Source of the DNA: the human T2T-CHM13v2.0 reference genome, Homo sapiens
Length of the DNA: 64,000 bases
Assembly: GCF_009914755.1 (NCBI RefSeq)
Contig: NC_060929.1
Reading direction: 5' to 3' (one strand)
The notes under the pieces were generated by a model. It was given only the letters and a program-made list of their open reading frames with translations, was not told the origin of the DNA and searched no databases. The translations under genes and the position numbers were made by a program. Positions 1 to 13,699 of this stretch are shown in pieces; positions within the stretch are counted from its first letter, which is position 1, and every line of letters begins with the position of its first letter.

Positions 1-1779
1 CCTTTGACATGAGTAAAGTCCCTCAAGGTAAGCCATGGGAAAGATCAACCTACTACACAACCATCTTTTACTGCAACCCAAGGTACATTTTAACTTTCCC
101 AGTTTATTTGAAGGAGAATATTAACAAATATCAGTTTTTTCCCCTGGAAAACATAGAGGAAAGATTAAAAACAGAAAAATGTTTGCCAATTCAGTATTTC
201 CAGGCCTAATATTCAGATACCACCTAATAACAATGAACTTTAGATGTAGGTTTAAAGCCCAACTCTGGAACTACATGTCTCATCCTCTACTTACAGCTTA
301 GAAGATGCTTACTACCACAAAATTAATTATATTATACTACTACTTTCATCTTTATTGTTTTAAGTTGAAGCAGCCAAACTGCATTTGTCTGCAGCAATTA
401 GGGAAGGAATATTCATTTGTAAGTTAATCCCAGTAACTAGTTCTTAGAATTGACAAATGAATAGAAAATGCTCAATCAAACCTCTGGGTAAGAATTTGAA
501 GATTGTTTCAAGTGAGATCAGGGAAAATTGTGCAGCTAATTAAGACAACCATGGGAAAAGAGTGAACCATGATGTTCATTATGACTCAGTTGATAATACT
601 TCTAGGTAAAGTCCACACTATTTGGAAAGCACTGCAGCATTCCTGGTGTCAAAACCTCCAAAAGCACATTAGAAAAGTGAAAGATGTTGGTCCATGATGA
701 GCTCATCTAGTTATTTTAGGATTTCTGTAGTCACCTATGTTTGGTATTAAATGATGATAACGAAAATGCCTTTCATTATTTATCCCTGGTTATCATGCTT
801 TCCATTCAAAATAATAAATAGAAAAGAAAACCAACTAACAAATAGCTCATGGCTGGATTTGTTCCAGTCAGTTCCAATAGAACCACAAGTTGCTAAAGAA
901 ATTTACCCATTGACAATAACAACAGCACAGCAGCGAATCTTGAGCCTTTCTTTCACACTTCCCACTGTCACTCGCTGTAGGGGCTCAGATTTTGAGAAAT
1001 TTAACCTGCATGCAAATGTGTGACAGTGCTTTCCTGGCAACCTGTCATTTAATAAAGAATAGGAAATGAAAGGCCTCACTATTGCCACAAGGTTCCTTTT
1101 ATGCAAGTTTCCATAACTTAGGGAGATGCCTTTGCTGCTTACTCTTTGTTTCCCTCATTCATACCACTTTGCATTACCTCAAAGCAAAGAAGGGGGACTG
1201 CTGGTCCCAGCAGTGAAAGGTCTCAGGAATGGGTCGAGATTCCTTTCAAGGGAAAAGGAAGGGCACCCTCAGATTAGATGTTCTCCAATCTGCCCTGGAA
1301 CACTGAGCTGGAGCCCCAGAAACCACTGCCTAATAACAATAATTTGCATACCAAATATATTAAAGTCCTAGAAAGTCTGAAGAATACCATTTGCTTAAAG
1401 TTTAAGTAACCTCAGCAGCACTTAAGACCAAGGACTGGAATGTACAGCTGTGCAAGTCATACCCCAACTACAGGCATGTGGCAGAGGTGGGGAGTGGAGG
1501 CCAGGATCCAAGGCTGCTGCTGCCAACAGGGAGAGGCACCTTTCACTAATTCACCCAAACCCACATGTGGATGAATGGAGGCCATGAAAAGTCACCTGAA
1601 CTCTTCTGCTTGATGGTGAGAATGTGGAACATGGCATCCCTCTCCCAAAGCCCCCAAGGCTTCTCAGCACCCTGAGCATCAACTCCGAAGTCCAAGTGCT
1701 AACATGCCCTGAGCCCACTGACCTCTCTAACCTCAGCTTCCCCACACCTTCCGTGCGTTATTCCTGCACCCTGGTCTTC

Positions 1780-2330
1780 TTTCTGTTCCTTGAAGACACC
1801 AGCACATTCCTGCTTCAGGGCGTTTGCACTTGCTGTTCCCTCTGGCTCAGTCCTGCATGTCATTCAGGTGCCTGATCAAATGTCACCTCCTCAGAGAGGC
1901 CTTCCCTGACCACCTAGTCTAAATTGCACCTTTCCTCCTCTCTATCCCTTATCTTGCCTTTAAAAAAAATATATAGCACTTACTACTTGAATTTTATATT
2001 TGTTTGTCAATGATTTGTCTTCTCGCTAGAAGAAGAGTTGGCAAATTACAGCCTGAGGGCTACGTCATACAAGCTGCCTACTTTTGTAAGTCAAGTTGCA
2101 TTGGGGCACGGACACTATCATCTGTTTGCACATTGTCTTTGTTGGCCTTCACACTGCAATAGAGACTACATGGTCCACAAAGCTGAAAATATTGATCATC
2201 TGGCCTTTTACAGAAAAAGTTTGCCAACCCCTGCTCTAGACTGTAAGCCCCATGAGGGCAGGGACTCTGCCTTTTGTGTCCACACCTGTATCCCCAGCAC
2301 AGAATATTGCCTGGCACTTAGGTACTCAAT
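1780..2330 (+). mobile_element. L2 3' fragment, split by MER58A
   Basis: L2 3' motifs 'tttgcacttgctgttccctctg', 'aaatgtcacctcctcagagaggccttccctgaccac', resuming after 2236 with 'gactgtaagccccatgagggcaggga'. Confidence 0.75.
2031..2233 (+). mobile_element. MER58A-like hAT-Charlie MITE
   Basis: Inverted ends 'gttggcaaatt' / 'agtttgccaacccctg'; internal 'aaagctgaaaatattgatcatctggccttttacagaaaaag'. Confidence 0.8.
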
Positions 2331-2438
2331 ATCCACTGGATGCCAGTAGCAGTCCCCAAGTCCTGACAACCAAAAATGTCTCCCAACTTTGTCAAATGCT
2401 TTATGAGGGGCAATATCACCCGCTGGGGAGAACTGCTA
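2331..2438 (+). mobile_element. MER20 fragment (hAT-Charlie)
   Basis: 'ccactggatgccagtagc...tgacaaccaaaaatgtctcc...gtcaaatg' matches MER20. Confidence 0.7.
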
Positions 2439-2498
2439 CATTAGCCTGAGTCAGGAAGACACTGGGCAGCTTGAAAGTGAAGTAGGTTAAGAACTCGC

Positions 2499-2945
<447 letters not shown>

Positions 2946-3109
2946 TCACCCAACATGATTATGACAAGTAACCGTAGAATTTGAAGAATGAACCTTAGCT
3001 ACTTCCTCGCTTGGTTACCCAACCGGCCTTTCTTCCTGGGACCCATGGGGTCTGTATTATACTGAAAACCGCTGCTGAGTTCAATATGCACGAGAACAAT
3101 TGAATCCTA

Positions 3110-3468
3110 GTAATCAATAAAAAAGAACTAGTTATTGATAAATGCAACAACATGGATGAATCTGAAAGGTGTGATACTGAGGAAAATAAGGCTGTCTCAG
3201 AAGCTGCATACTGGCTGATGCCAATACATAATTGGCAAGTGTCATTTACATGACTTTCTGGAAAAGGCAAAACAATAAAGAGAACAGATCAGTGGTTACA
3301 AGTTTTCGGTGGGGGAGAGTGTGACTACAGAAGGCAGCATGAGAGTTTTGGGGGATGATGAAACGGTTACATATCCTGATTGTGGTGGTGGTTACATGAA
3401 TCCATACATGCATTAAAACTCATAAAACTGTACACCAAGAAAATGATTTTACTGTATGTTAATTAAAG
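3110..3468 (+). mobile_element. Old L1 (L1MC/MD-like) 3' end
   Basis: 'aacaacatggatgaatctgaaa', 'ggaaaaggcaaaac', 'gattgtggtggtggttacatga', 'aaactcataaaactgtacac'. Confidence 0.8.
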
Positions 3469-5444
3469 AGCAAAACAAGTAGTCTTTGAAGAATACGATG
3501 GGCTTTTAATACTTGCCCATCTTCTTCTAACCACAATAAAATATTGAAAGCCATAATTTAAAAAATGCACCAGGCAACAAGGCCTTGACTATTGGTGGCA
3601 ATTGAAAAGCTCAAGAGGAGAGGAGAAAGTCGATATTCTGGAACTACATGAAGAACTTTAGCTTCCTTGCTTCAATTCCTCTTTCACTTTCCATAGAACA
3701 AGGTGATCTTCACTTCTCAATCCAGGATTACCAAATTCCACCCCAGAATTGTCTGGGTTTTCTTGATGAGAAGAGAGAAAATGACTTTAGAAATCAATAG
3801 ATACTGGAACAGATGTGCCAGTACACTTTGAGGTTGTGCACAGGTCACAATATTTTGTCTGATGCTCTTGTGCAGATGAAAGGGGCTCAGGGAAGTGATA
3901 AGGAAGAGCATAAAGGAGTGTGTGGGGTTAGCTTTCCAAGGTTTCAGGCAAGAGAAGGAAAAGAGCAAAATGAAATGAAAATGACTCTTGGGAGATCAAT
4001 ATTCTGTGTGTATTATTCATATGAACAGTATCAGCAGATTCACGCATATATGAAATGATCAATACTTCCGGGAGATTTTTTTGCTTGGCCAAAATATCTA
4101 GTTGCTCACCTATGCCGATGATGGTGAGGATGGGGGCCCAGGGTATGCATAGGAAGGCAGTGGTGACTTCTACATTGAATTGTACCCTATATGCATACAG
4201 TTGAGAGTAAGAATATTCAGCATCCCTTTCTTTTTTTTTTTTTTTGAGGAACTGCAGACTGTGGTTTACATATACATGAGAGTGCTGTTCACAGGAAAAA
4301 TATTGCTTAGTTGCTTCTGCAATAAAAATAATAAGTTGCAGCATTATTGCATCAAAAAAAAAAAGAATGTGCTTGACTTCTCAGAGAACGAAATGCATGG
4401 CAACTGTAAGAATCGTAGTGTCATCCACCTGATAGTTGTCCTGAAAGAGCTGCACAAAGCACAGATGACGATGGCACAGTTGCAAACAGCAGACTTCTTT
4501 CTCTTCTCCCATCACCCAACTTTTTCAGTAACAATTTTAGATGGACAACTGAAGTGCTTGCACATTTTTTCAGAGGGAGCCTAGTGTACCAAACATCCTC
4601 AGGAGCTGTTGACTCTTTTCCCTTGGCTAAAAGTAACTGAAAACAAAATTTTAAGTTATAGCCCTTCTGTGTCTGTACGGTGCAGGCAGAGTGGGGTGGC
4701 AGAGAAGAAGTGTGTTGCAGTGGAAGTAGCTCTGACTTCAGATCATGTAGAAAGGAGAGCTTTAAATTTTTCAGTTGCATTTGACATCGTCACAACCATG
4801 CTTCCAGCTCCTCCCCCTCCGCAATGTGAGGAAAGATTGTTTTATTCTCATTTAACAGAAGCCAGAACCAAAGCATAGGTAAGCTAAGAATTTGCCAGAG
4901 ATCATACAGGGGGTGGATGGGAAAACAGCACATAAAACCTGAGTCTCCTGGTTCTAGCCCCACCCACACCTACCCCCAGCTCCATTAGGCTGGCCATACG
5001 ATAAAGTGTCATCTGGCTTCACCAAACACAGACCAAAAGCTAGAAGATGAAGATGGGAGATTCCCACGTGCTCTGTAGGAATCACTCAGAACTCCCCGCT
5101 CCTACTCCAGGCCTGAAGTTCTGGCACATTCCCACTTGAGAATGTTCCTGACCCCTTAAGACTTACCTCAAGTACCACCCATACAATAAGACTTTTCTGA
5201 CCTATTCCTATCCTCAAATAATTGGCGACTTCCTCTGTAGAGCCAGATTATACCTTAAACACAGGGCCATTTTTGTGCCTGTAACTTTTTCACATACCTC
5301 AGGGCTTGGGTCTGGCTGTTACTCATATTCTTGAGCCTAACACGGTGCTTGTCTCATAGTAGACACTCAATGTCTGTGTGCTGAATGAAAATATGACCTG
5401 AACTTTATTCCTTAGAGGTGCAAACCAAAGGCAAGCTCAGCATG

Positions 5445-5600
5445 GAAAATCCTTGGGAAGTCATGTACCCTCTCTAGGCTTCAGTGTCCTCATCTGTAGA
5501 AATGAGGAGAGTAAGAAAACAATAACTCTGAAGGATTACTGTATGTAAGGTTATTGGCAAGGTGCCTGTCTCACAGTAAGCTCTTGATAGGTAGTGGCTA
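5445..5600 (+). mobile_element. MIR fragment
   Basis: MIR core 'cttcagtgtcctcatctgtagaaatgagga'. Confidence 0.7.
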
Positions 5601-5601
5601 T

Positions 5602-6125
5602 TTTTGGTGGCCAGTCTCCGAGGTGGGCCCAGTGACTCTGACCTCCTGGTATTCATGCCCTTGTATATAGTCCCCTCCTACACTGAATAGGACTGATCTA
5701 TGTGACCAATAAGATATTGGAGAATTGCCTGAGTGTGACTTCTGAGACTAGGTTGCAAAAATTACTGAGGCTTCTGTCTTGCTCTCTTTTGGATCACTTG
5801 ATCTGGGGAGAGCCAGACACCAGACACCATGTTGTGAGGACACTTCAGCAGCCCTATGGAGAAGTCCAGATGGTGAGGAGCTGGGCTTCTTGCCAGCATG
5901 AGGTGATCATCCAAGTGAGCCATCTTGTAGACTGATTCTCCAGCCCCAGTCAAGCTTTCAGATGACTGCAGTCCTGGCGATTTCTTGACTGCAACTTCAA
6001 GAGAGCCAGTTAAGCCACTCCTGAAATCTTGACTTATAGGGACTATATGAGATAAATGTTTATTGTGGATTTAAGCTGCAAAATTTGGGGGGTAACTTGT
6101 TACGGAGAAATACGTAATTAATACA
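5602..6125 (+). mobile_element. MLT1F-like MaLR solo LTR
   Basis: 'ctcctggtattcatgcccttgt', 'gccccagtcaagctttcagatgactgcag', 3' end 'aatttggggggtaacttgttac...taataca'. Confidence 0.8.
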
Positions 6126-8130
6126 TGCTTATTGTAAATGGCTGTACAAATATCAATGGAGTCACCTCCTACATGGTCAGTTCCGGTTCTTGACTGATCT
6201 CTGTTCACAGGGGCTACAGGGCAAGATGACTGGTTTAACCAAATCAGGACTTCCCCTTCCCCAGATATGAAGAGGTAACTAAAGAGGACATTCTCAGCAA
6301 CTTAGTATTTTCAGATCCTCACCTGACCTGAGGAAGGTGAGAATGTCTGTCATCTTGGTGCTATCTGCCACATCAGACAAACTTTCAGAGAATATCACAG
6401 GACACCAAGTCAGATAATCTCCTCTTACTTGTGTCCTGTATGTAGGTCATCTCTTAACATAGAGGGACAAGTCTTGCCCCAAGAGCTAATCTTGGGGTCC
6501 CTTCTCTGTTCCTCACCCCCAGCAGCTGGCAAACTGTCCACATGAATCCCTGGCATGAATCCACCTTCCCAAGCCTTTCACATCACAAAACTGATGAAAA
6601 TGGTAACATTTTTAAAGTAGCCAATATTTGACAAAGTTTTGAGAGAAACCCTTGGTTTTTCAGGCTACACATGCCTTGGCGATATTCACAGCTTGGGTGA
6701 TGGGCACAGAGACATTTGGCTTCAAGTTCTCACACAGTTGTGTTACTGTAACTCCAAACCCCCAGTCCCGTGCATTCCCCAGCGATCCTTGCTATCTCCC
6801 TAGAGTTTTGGCCGCTGCTTCTGGGGTGTTCCATTTCTCAACAATTGCTGTCATTCTTTCCTCCTGTCCTCAGTTCTCCTGCAGTCCCTGATCTGCTCTG
6901 TTCCTGTCAAAACTAAAGGTATTGGATCTCAGCCCCACCCCAAGCAAATACAATTCCTTCAGGTAACTTTCAATTGTCTGACCCTTAAGTGACCACAGAC
7001 TTTTAAGGCCCCTTGAGACAACCTCAATGTAGGAATCTACAAGTGCCCTGGGCAGAAAGACAGCTCTTTGTCATACACAAAAGCATCCCTTGACTAGGAA
7101 AAAAAGGTGTCTCAATATGGGGAATATGAACTATGTCCCTCCTTCACCTCAGAAGATGAATTCTCTGCCTGCTTGGGGCACTCCTTCCTTCTGAGTAGTT
7201 GACACAGGCCACGCCTCCTTTCTTTGTTCAAGAATCCCAAAGTTCCCACTATTTTTTCCCAAGGACTTTAAACACCAATAGTCATTAGTTCTATTATGGA
7301 CAGTCTGCCTTAGCTCCCCCAAATTCCCAGAGGTGCAAATATATAGACGAGACCCCACCATGATGACCTCCTTGGATTTGAACTGGATACCAAATAGGAC
7401 TGTGCACAAATCTGGCCTTGACCAATTCCATTCTGTTTGAACGATTTCTCACCATTCCTACCTACAACTCTAGTACCCCATAGGTCCGCCCAATCCAGCT
7501 GTGATGGGACCATGAGGGGACATGGTGATCCTAACCAGTAGACCATTCGAAGGTGTTGGTTTGAGAATCACCCAGCATCTGGCCTGACCCAGGCCTCACA
7601 GCAAAGCCCCTTGATTTGGTAGCCAGAGGTTGCTTTCACATCTTGACATCTTCACAGTCCCCTGAAAATGGTAGCCATTTCATTGAGTCCCTGGGTGTAG
7701 TGAGTCTAATGACCTGTGCTTTAAGCACTAAAGAATGCAGTGAGTTGATTTTTCAGACTCAGCAGAGAAAGCACTGGGTAAAGAGTGTGCTCTTGGAATT
7801 ATTAAATAGAATAACTCACCTCTGCTTCAGTGAAGACTGTTCCTATTATAGTAAACAATTTATCTGACACTACACTCTTAAGGAAAAGTTATTTAAGTTC
7901 TCTCCTAGCACAATACCCTCCACATTGAGGGCAGCCAATTAAGGCTTCTGCTTTGGTTGTATTGCTGTTTCCTTGGGTGGGGAGACCACAAGTTTAACTT
8001 TTGCTTGAAGGACCTCTTCCAGTGGTTTTGTCAAAGCTGTGAATTTTATTACCTCAAGTGTGTCAAGGAAGAGGGGCTCCAAATTTAGCCTAGGGCAAAA
8101 GGAAAACACAGATCAACCTGTTGCCATTTT

Positions 8131-8384
8131 TCTTTCTTGTTAGAGAGAAGTACTCTGTTGCCCAGGCTGTACTCAAACTCCTGGGCTCAAGAGATCTGCC
8201 CGCCTCAGCTGCCTGTGTAGCTGGGACTATAGGCACCTGCCACCATGTCCGGCTGATTTTTTTTAACATTTTTTGTAGAGGTGGGGGTCTTGCTACGTTG
8301 CCCAGGCTGGTCTCGAACTCCTGGACTCAAACAATTCTTCCTCCTCAGCCTCCCAAGTAGGCGGGACTACAGGTGTGCCACGAT
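8131..8384 (-). mobile_element. Tandem pair of FLAM-like Alu monomers
   Basis: Two 7SL-derived monomers, neither with the right-arm insert; flanking repeat cctg(t/c)tgccattttt at 8117-8131 and 8385-8399. Confidence 0.8.
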
Positions 8385-9539
8385 CCTGCTGCCATTTTTA
8401 TCCACTGGATTTCCACCTACATGATTACTGAGCCCCGCAGAGTCCAGGGGTTAAACTCCACTTCAGTTTTTTCACCAATAAAACTGACAAACTAATTCAT
8501 CGCCAAACTTGATACTTAATCTCTGGTAAAGGAAAGATATGTTTCAGCACCAATACTGTTTATGTTAGCCATGCCCAAATTATATAAATACCCTCAATAG
8601 CTGCAAAATGCGGGGAAGAAAGCATTTGCTGATTTTTACTCTTCCCAAAGCAAATCCACAAGTACCTTAGCCAAATTGCCTGCAACGTCTTGTAATTTCA
8701 TGGTGATTTTACTTTGGAAAAGAAAAAGGAGAAATAGAAGGTAAAGTCCTAGGAACTGGACTTTATCTTAATCATCTATCTCTTCTCACACTTGGAGTGA
8801 CAGGAACAGAGAATGAGGATGGAAATGGTATGATTGATACACATACAAAATCTCACCCGTGGTTAAGACTTTCAGGGGAAATTTAGACCACAGCCTCGGC
8901 TTCCCAGTACTCGCTACCCTTTGGAGTAGTTCTGTTTTTAAAAATCAAAAACACAGCATTCGGAGGCTTCAGATAGAAATTATTACAAAAAAATTGACAG
9001 AATTTCTCTTCATCAAACGTGATGCTGTACAGCAAACTTAGTTTCTGTGGAGGACAGGCAATTTTAAGCTCGTGACTATTACAGAGATGAGGAGGGAGAG
9101 GGACTAAAAAGGGTCCTTGCTTAATAAAATGAAGCCAGCTGTGAAACATTCCCTGAGATTACAGGGGCCCTCCACAGTTATGCGTGCCTAAATCACCTCG
9201 AGTCTCTTCCTATCCCAATCCATCTGACACCTGTCTCCAGGCTAATCCTTCTAATCTGAACAGCTGCCTTGGAGACGTCATGCCTTGCCTTGCCTTCAGT
9301 GACTCCCCAAGGCCTCCAAAAATGTCAGTTACGCCCTGGCCTGGCCTTTATATTGTGCAAGAATCTGGCTGCCTCTGACATTTAATCTCCCTCTATTCCA
9401 ACAGAAATCTGTCACTCCAGTGCCCACACCACTTTCTGTTTACCCACCTCCACATATTTACCTGTAATGGTCTCCATTTTCTTCATCTGGAATATCTCCC
9501 TCTAACCCCTTCTCAACCACCAACTTCAACATATGATGC

Positions 9540-9712
9540 AAAGAGTGTGATTTGGAATTAGAGAGATCTGGGTTAAATTCTAGCTCTACTACCTGCTTGC
9601 TGTGTGTTGTTGGGCAGGTGTCTCACCTTCTCTGAACATCAGGTTCCTCATCTATACACCAAATTCTCTATACACATCAGGTTCATGGTAGGTGCTCAGT
9701 AAAGGTTAACTC
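9540..9712 (+). mobile_element. MIR fragment
   Basis: 'agatctgggttaaattctagctctac...tgggcaggtgtctcaccttctctgaacatcaggttcctcatct'. Confidence 0.7.
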
Positions 9713-10465
9713 CTTTTTCCTGCATGTCTACCCAAGCTCCTAAATCAACTAATTTCTATCATATGGGCCATAGCATAGGTTTGCATGTGAGCATAAGGTT
9801 TATGTTCAGTGTTGCAGATTCACCTCTATTCATTAAAGGTGTCATAAAGGAATGGGCCAGGTCAGGAATATAGAGATCATAAGACCTTCTCAGGACAAAG
9901 CTCAGAGGCCGGGGCATAAGGGCTCATTCTCTGCCAATGGCACACTGAAATTTCAGCCTCAGGGGAGTGGAACCCAATAGGAGTACTTGGAAAATAGCCA
10001 AGCAGTTCACGGACGGGAAATTATAGCATTGCCATGACTCACTGTTAGACAGTTGAAGGAGTTCCTGAATAACAATTTTTTTTTGTAATTCCTAAGAAAT
10101 TTACAAAAGATGCCAATTAGCAGATTCAGTTCCACGGCACTTGAAGCTTAATTAAAAAAAAAAAAAGCAGATGCATTAGACATGCTTACAATTCCTCTCC
10201 CACTTCTAAAAAAATTGCCCCACCAACAGATGTTTAATTTGCCAGGTAATTTGCCATGTGATGAAACCCCTCTTTGCCCATATCTGATTGGTGCAAGGGT
10301 AGTCACCTGACCAAAGGGCAGCCATTCCCATAGGCTGGACAGTAACTATGAGCTATGTCCTAGTGCAAAAAAGATGAGCTGAGCCAATCATGTTCTCTGT
10401 CTTTCCTAAAACTAGGAAACACAGAAGGAATGAGCCCACAGCAACAAGAACAGAAACTGCAAGGC

Positions 10466-11311
10466 TGTGATATTATAAAGTATATATTTGGTCTTTGTCT
10501 CATTTTCTGTCATACAGCTCCTAAAATCCTTGAAATCTCCAAAGTGATAAGAGTATCTTTTGTATGCAAATGAGATGACTGGTGGCTGGCAGCCCTAGGT
10601 TGCCTCAGGATGGGGGTTGATCCCATAAAAGACCAAGGGGGGATTATAGAGTTGGAACGTTCAGCCCCATTCTCTAAACTTGGGGGAGGCTGAAGGTTAA
10701 GTTGATCATCAATGGCCAGTGATTTAGTCAATCATGCCTAAATGAAGTTTTCCTAAAACCCGAAAGTACTGGGTTCATGGAACTTCCAGATAGCTGAACA
10801 GGGGGAGGTTCCTGGAGGGCGGCTCGCCTGGGGAGGGCTTGGAAGCTCCTTGCCTCTTCCCACGTACTTCACCCTATGCCTCTTTTTCATCTGGCTTTTA
10901 TCTATATCTTTTGTAACACCTTTCAGGATAAACCAGTAAACCTAAGTGTTTCCCTGAGTTCTGTAAGCCACTCTAGCAAATTAATCAAAACTAAGGAGGG
11001 GGCCATGGGACCCCTGATTTATAGCTGACTGGTCAGAGCACAGGTAAAACAACCTGGAGCTTGTGATTGTCATTGGAAGTGGGGGACAGTGTTGTGGGAC
11101 TGAGCCCTCGACCTGTGGGACCTGACGCCATCTCCGGGTAGACAGTGTCAGAACTGAATTGATTTAGAGGACACCCAGCTGGTATCTGCTGCAGAACTTA
11201 TTGCTTGCTTGGTGTTGAGACAATACACCCACACATTTGGTCGCAGAAGCGTTGTATGTTGTGAGAGCATAGTGAGAGAAACAGAGTTTGTTTTTTTCCT
11301 ATATCCTTAGA
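10466..11311 (+). mobile_element. MER21 (B/C-like) ERVL solo LTR, inserted in an older LTR remnant (about 10250-11610)
   Basis: Start 'tgtgatattataaagtatatatttggtc'; 'gtatgcaaatgagatgactggtggc'; 'gtgtttccctgagttctgtaagccactctagcaaattaatc'; 'acacccagctggtatctgctgcagaa'. Confidence 0.85.
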
Positions 11312-12930
11312 GATGCCCTGAGGGAAGGAAAGTCAGGGACATAGCAAGCAAAACCTATGAGTAACTCACAGTTAGGGAGGTTCAGAAACCTCTAATAAGC
11401 AGGATAAGCCAGGCGGTAGAGAGGAGATCTGAGCGGAAGCACGAGGAAGAAGAAGCCGTGAGAAAGCGATGGAGACAGTACTGGGTCCCCAGAGCTGACC
11501 AGTTTCTCAGGTGACCTCAGTCCCCAATACTATCTCAGTTCCTACAATAAAACCCTCTGGTCTCAAGCTCACTTACAGCAGTATTCCTTAAAAACAAAAG
11601 AACCCAACTTAGGAGGAAAACAGTGACACATTTTACTGCAAGAAAATAAAATACAACTACTCTGAACACATGCACTATTACACAAGTCACAAACCCAGGA
11701 GAATCATGAGGATTTATTTTTAATAAGACACAAGGTGCAGGGTTAGACTGTCTTAAAGGACAGACTGTTTTCTCAGAGTATTGAAAGAAGGGGGCCTCTT
11801 AGGATTTCTGAGAGCAGCCACTAGAGTGTGAGACTTTAGGAATGTTTCCACCTGCTCCGAGGACTCTGACCATCCCTGGCAGAAAATGCCAGAGTTACTT
11901 GGTAGAGCCCTCGTTGGCAATGAGAAGCAGCGCAACCTGTGCCCTGGGATGGGCGTGCGCCTGCTAGCCCTGTGACCCTCAGCGAGTCACTTCATCTCCT
12001 TGAGACTCAGTTCCTCCTTTGTGATAGGTGACAAGCAAAGTGACTTCTGGGATATTAATCTTCTAAGTAAATGTCTTCTTTCAACTAGATTAGGAAAGGA
12101 GGCAGCCTAGAAGAAGAAAGACTGTGGCCCAGTAGTCAGGAAAGCTGCATTTCGGCCTTGTCACTTGCTGGCTGGGCAAGCTGAGCAGCTGTCTGACTTG
12201 TCTTGGTCTCACCCACAAAATGAGGAAGTTGATTTGTGTCTCATCAAAAGGGCATTTTCACTCCAAATTCTGTGATGCTAAGACCTAAACATTCCTCAAT
12301 CTATGATTCCAATGGCTCTTAACATCTGTATTTAAAATTCTTTGCTGTGTTTTTTTCCCCACCCTTGACTGTGTAGAAAGAAGTCTGTGCCACAATTTCT
12401 AGGAGAACTTATTTATTTCAATTTGTCCAGTTACAGACTAAGTATAAAGAATGTTGGGGGAAAACCTGGTGTGAGTTTCACTCCAGCACTAGTTGGAACA
12501 GACATGTGAACTAATTTGGATTCCTAACGGCACAAGATCAAGGCTGGTTGCTGATGGAGAACTGTGAATCTAAATAGGAAGACAGACCAGGCCATATTCA
12601 AAGGAAAAGATGTGTCCTCTTCCCAGAAAACTATAAATCCATAAATGGAAAGTGAAGGTGTGATTCGCAAAGTGATCTTGAGAAGCATTTTAAATGTCCT
12701 TCTCAAAAATATTAAATTTATTGGTAGAAATCAGAAGTTTTGAGGTCCGTAGACACAGTGGTAGAGGCCAATAGAAAAAGCCAAGAACAAACACGGCTAG
12801 TTATAAAAGAAGTTTAGTGTCCTGCAATTTCAGTAAAAACCTAAAGGCACACATGACTCCAAGATACTGAAGGTCAGTGACTTTCATTGTTTCACCAGTT
12901 AGTTAAATGAAGGTGCAAGACTCTACAGTA

Positions 12931-13619
12931 ATGCTCATTTCTTGTTTCTGTGGCATGAGGCACCAAGAGCATCAAAACCTCTCGAGATACTCTGTACTAG
13001 GCGTCCCACAGAGGAACCAGTGCAAGCACTGGACACTTTCGGGTATAGCCGAAGATCACCTTGAAGAACGATGAACTCAGAAGGACAAGTGCTCCCCCTG
13101 CAAACTTTAGTCCACTCTCCGCCCCAAGCTCTCTGTGTGTATGCTGGGGACCAACAACACTTTGATAAAGCCAAGGCTGTGGCTATCACCATGTGAGCTT
13201 TGGGGTGCTGAAGAAACTCAACCAGAATAAGAAGCTCATCAAGAAGTTGGCCATAAAGTATGATGACTCTGATCAAACACATCCTCAGCCCCAGCCTGAA
13301 TAAAGCTGGCAAATTCCCTTCCCTGTTCATGCACAATGAAAACATCGTGGCCAGAGTTGATGAGGTGAAGTCCACAATCAACTTCCTGACGGAGGTGCTG
13401 TGTCTGGCCATGACCAATGCCATGTGAAGATGACAGACGATGAGCTTGTGTACAACATCCTTCTGGATGTTAGCTTCCTGGTGTCACTGCTCAAGGTGAA
13501 TTGGCAGAATGCCCAGGCTTTATACATGAAGAGCACCATGGGCAAGCCCCAGCACCTGGACTAAGGCATGGCCTGGTAGGTCCTAGTGCCACCAAAAAAC
13601 AAAAAACAAAAACTAATGA
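12931..13619 (+). pseudogene. RPL10A: Processed pseudogene of RPL10A (ribosomal protein uL1), full length, disabled
   Basis: Intronless; translated blocks [104 protein letters not shown] follow RPL10A; start ATG mutated to AAG; multiple indels; A-rich tail 13594-13612; TSD actctacagta 12920-12930 / 13620-13630. Symbol is the parent gene. Confidence 0.95.
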
Positions 13620-13699
13620 ACTCTACAGTAGCCTATTATATCTGATTACTTTAGATCAACCACCTCTCTGCGTGGCTGATCTAAAATAATCAAGATATA

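Noticed and set aside
3928-4878. Overlapping 89-138 aa ORFs in apparently unique DNA
   Set aside because: Run through poly-T and poly-A tracts, no recognisable domain, no convincing exon structure
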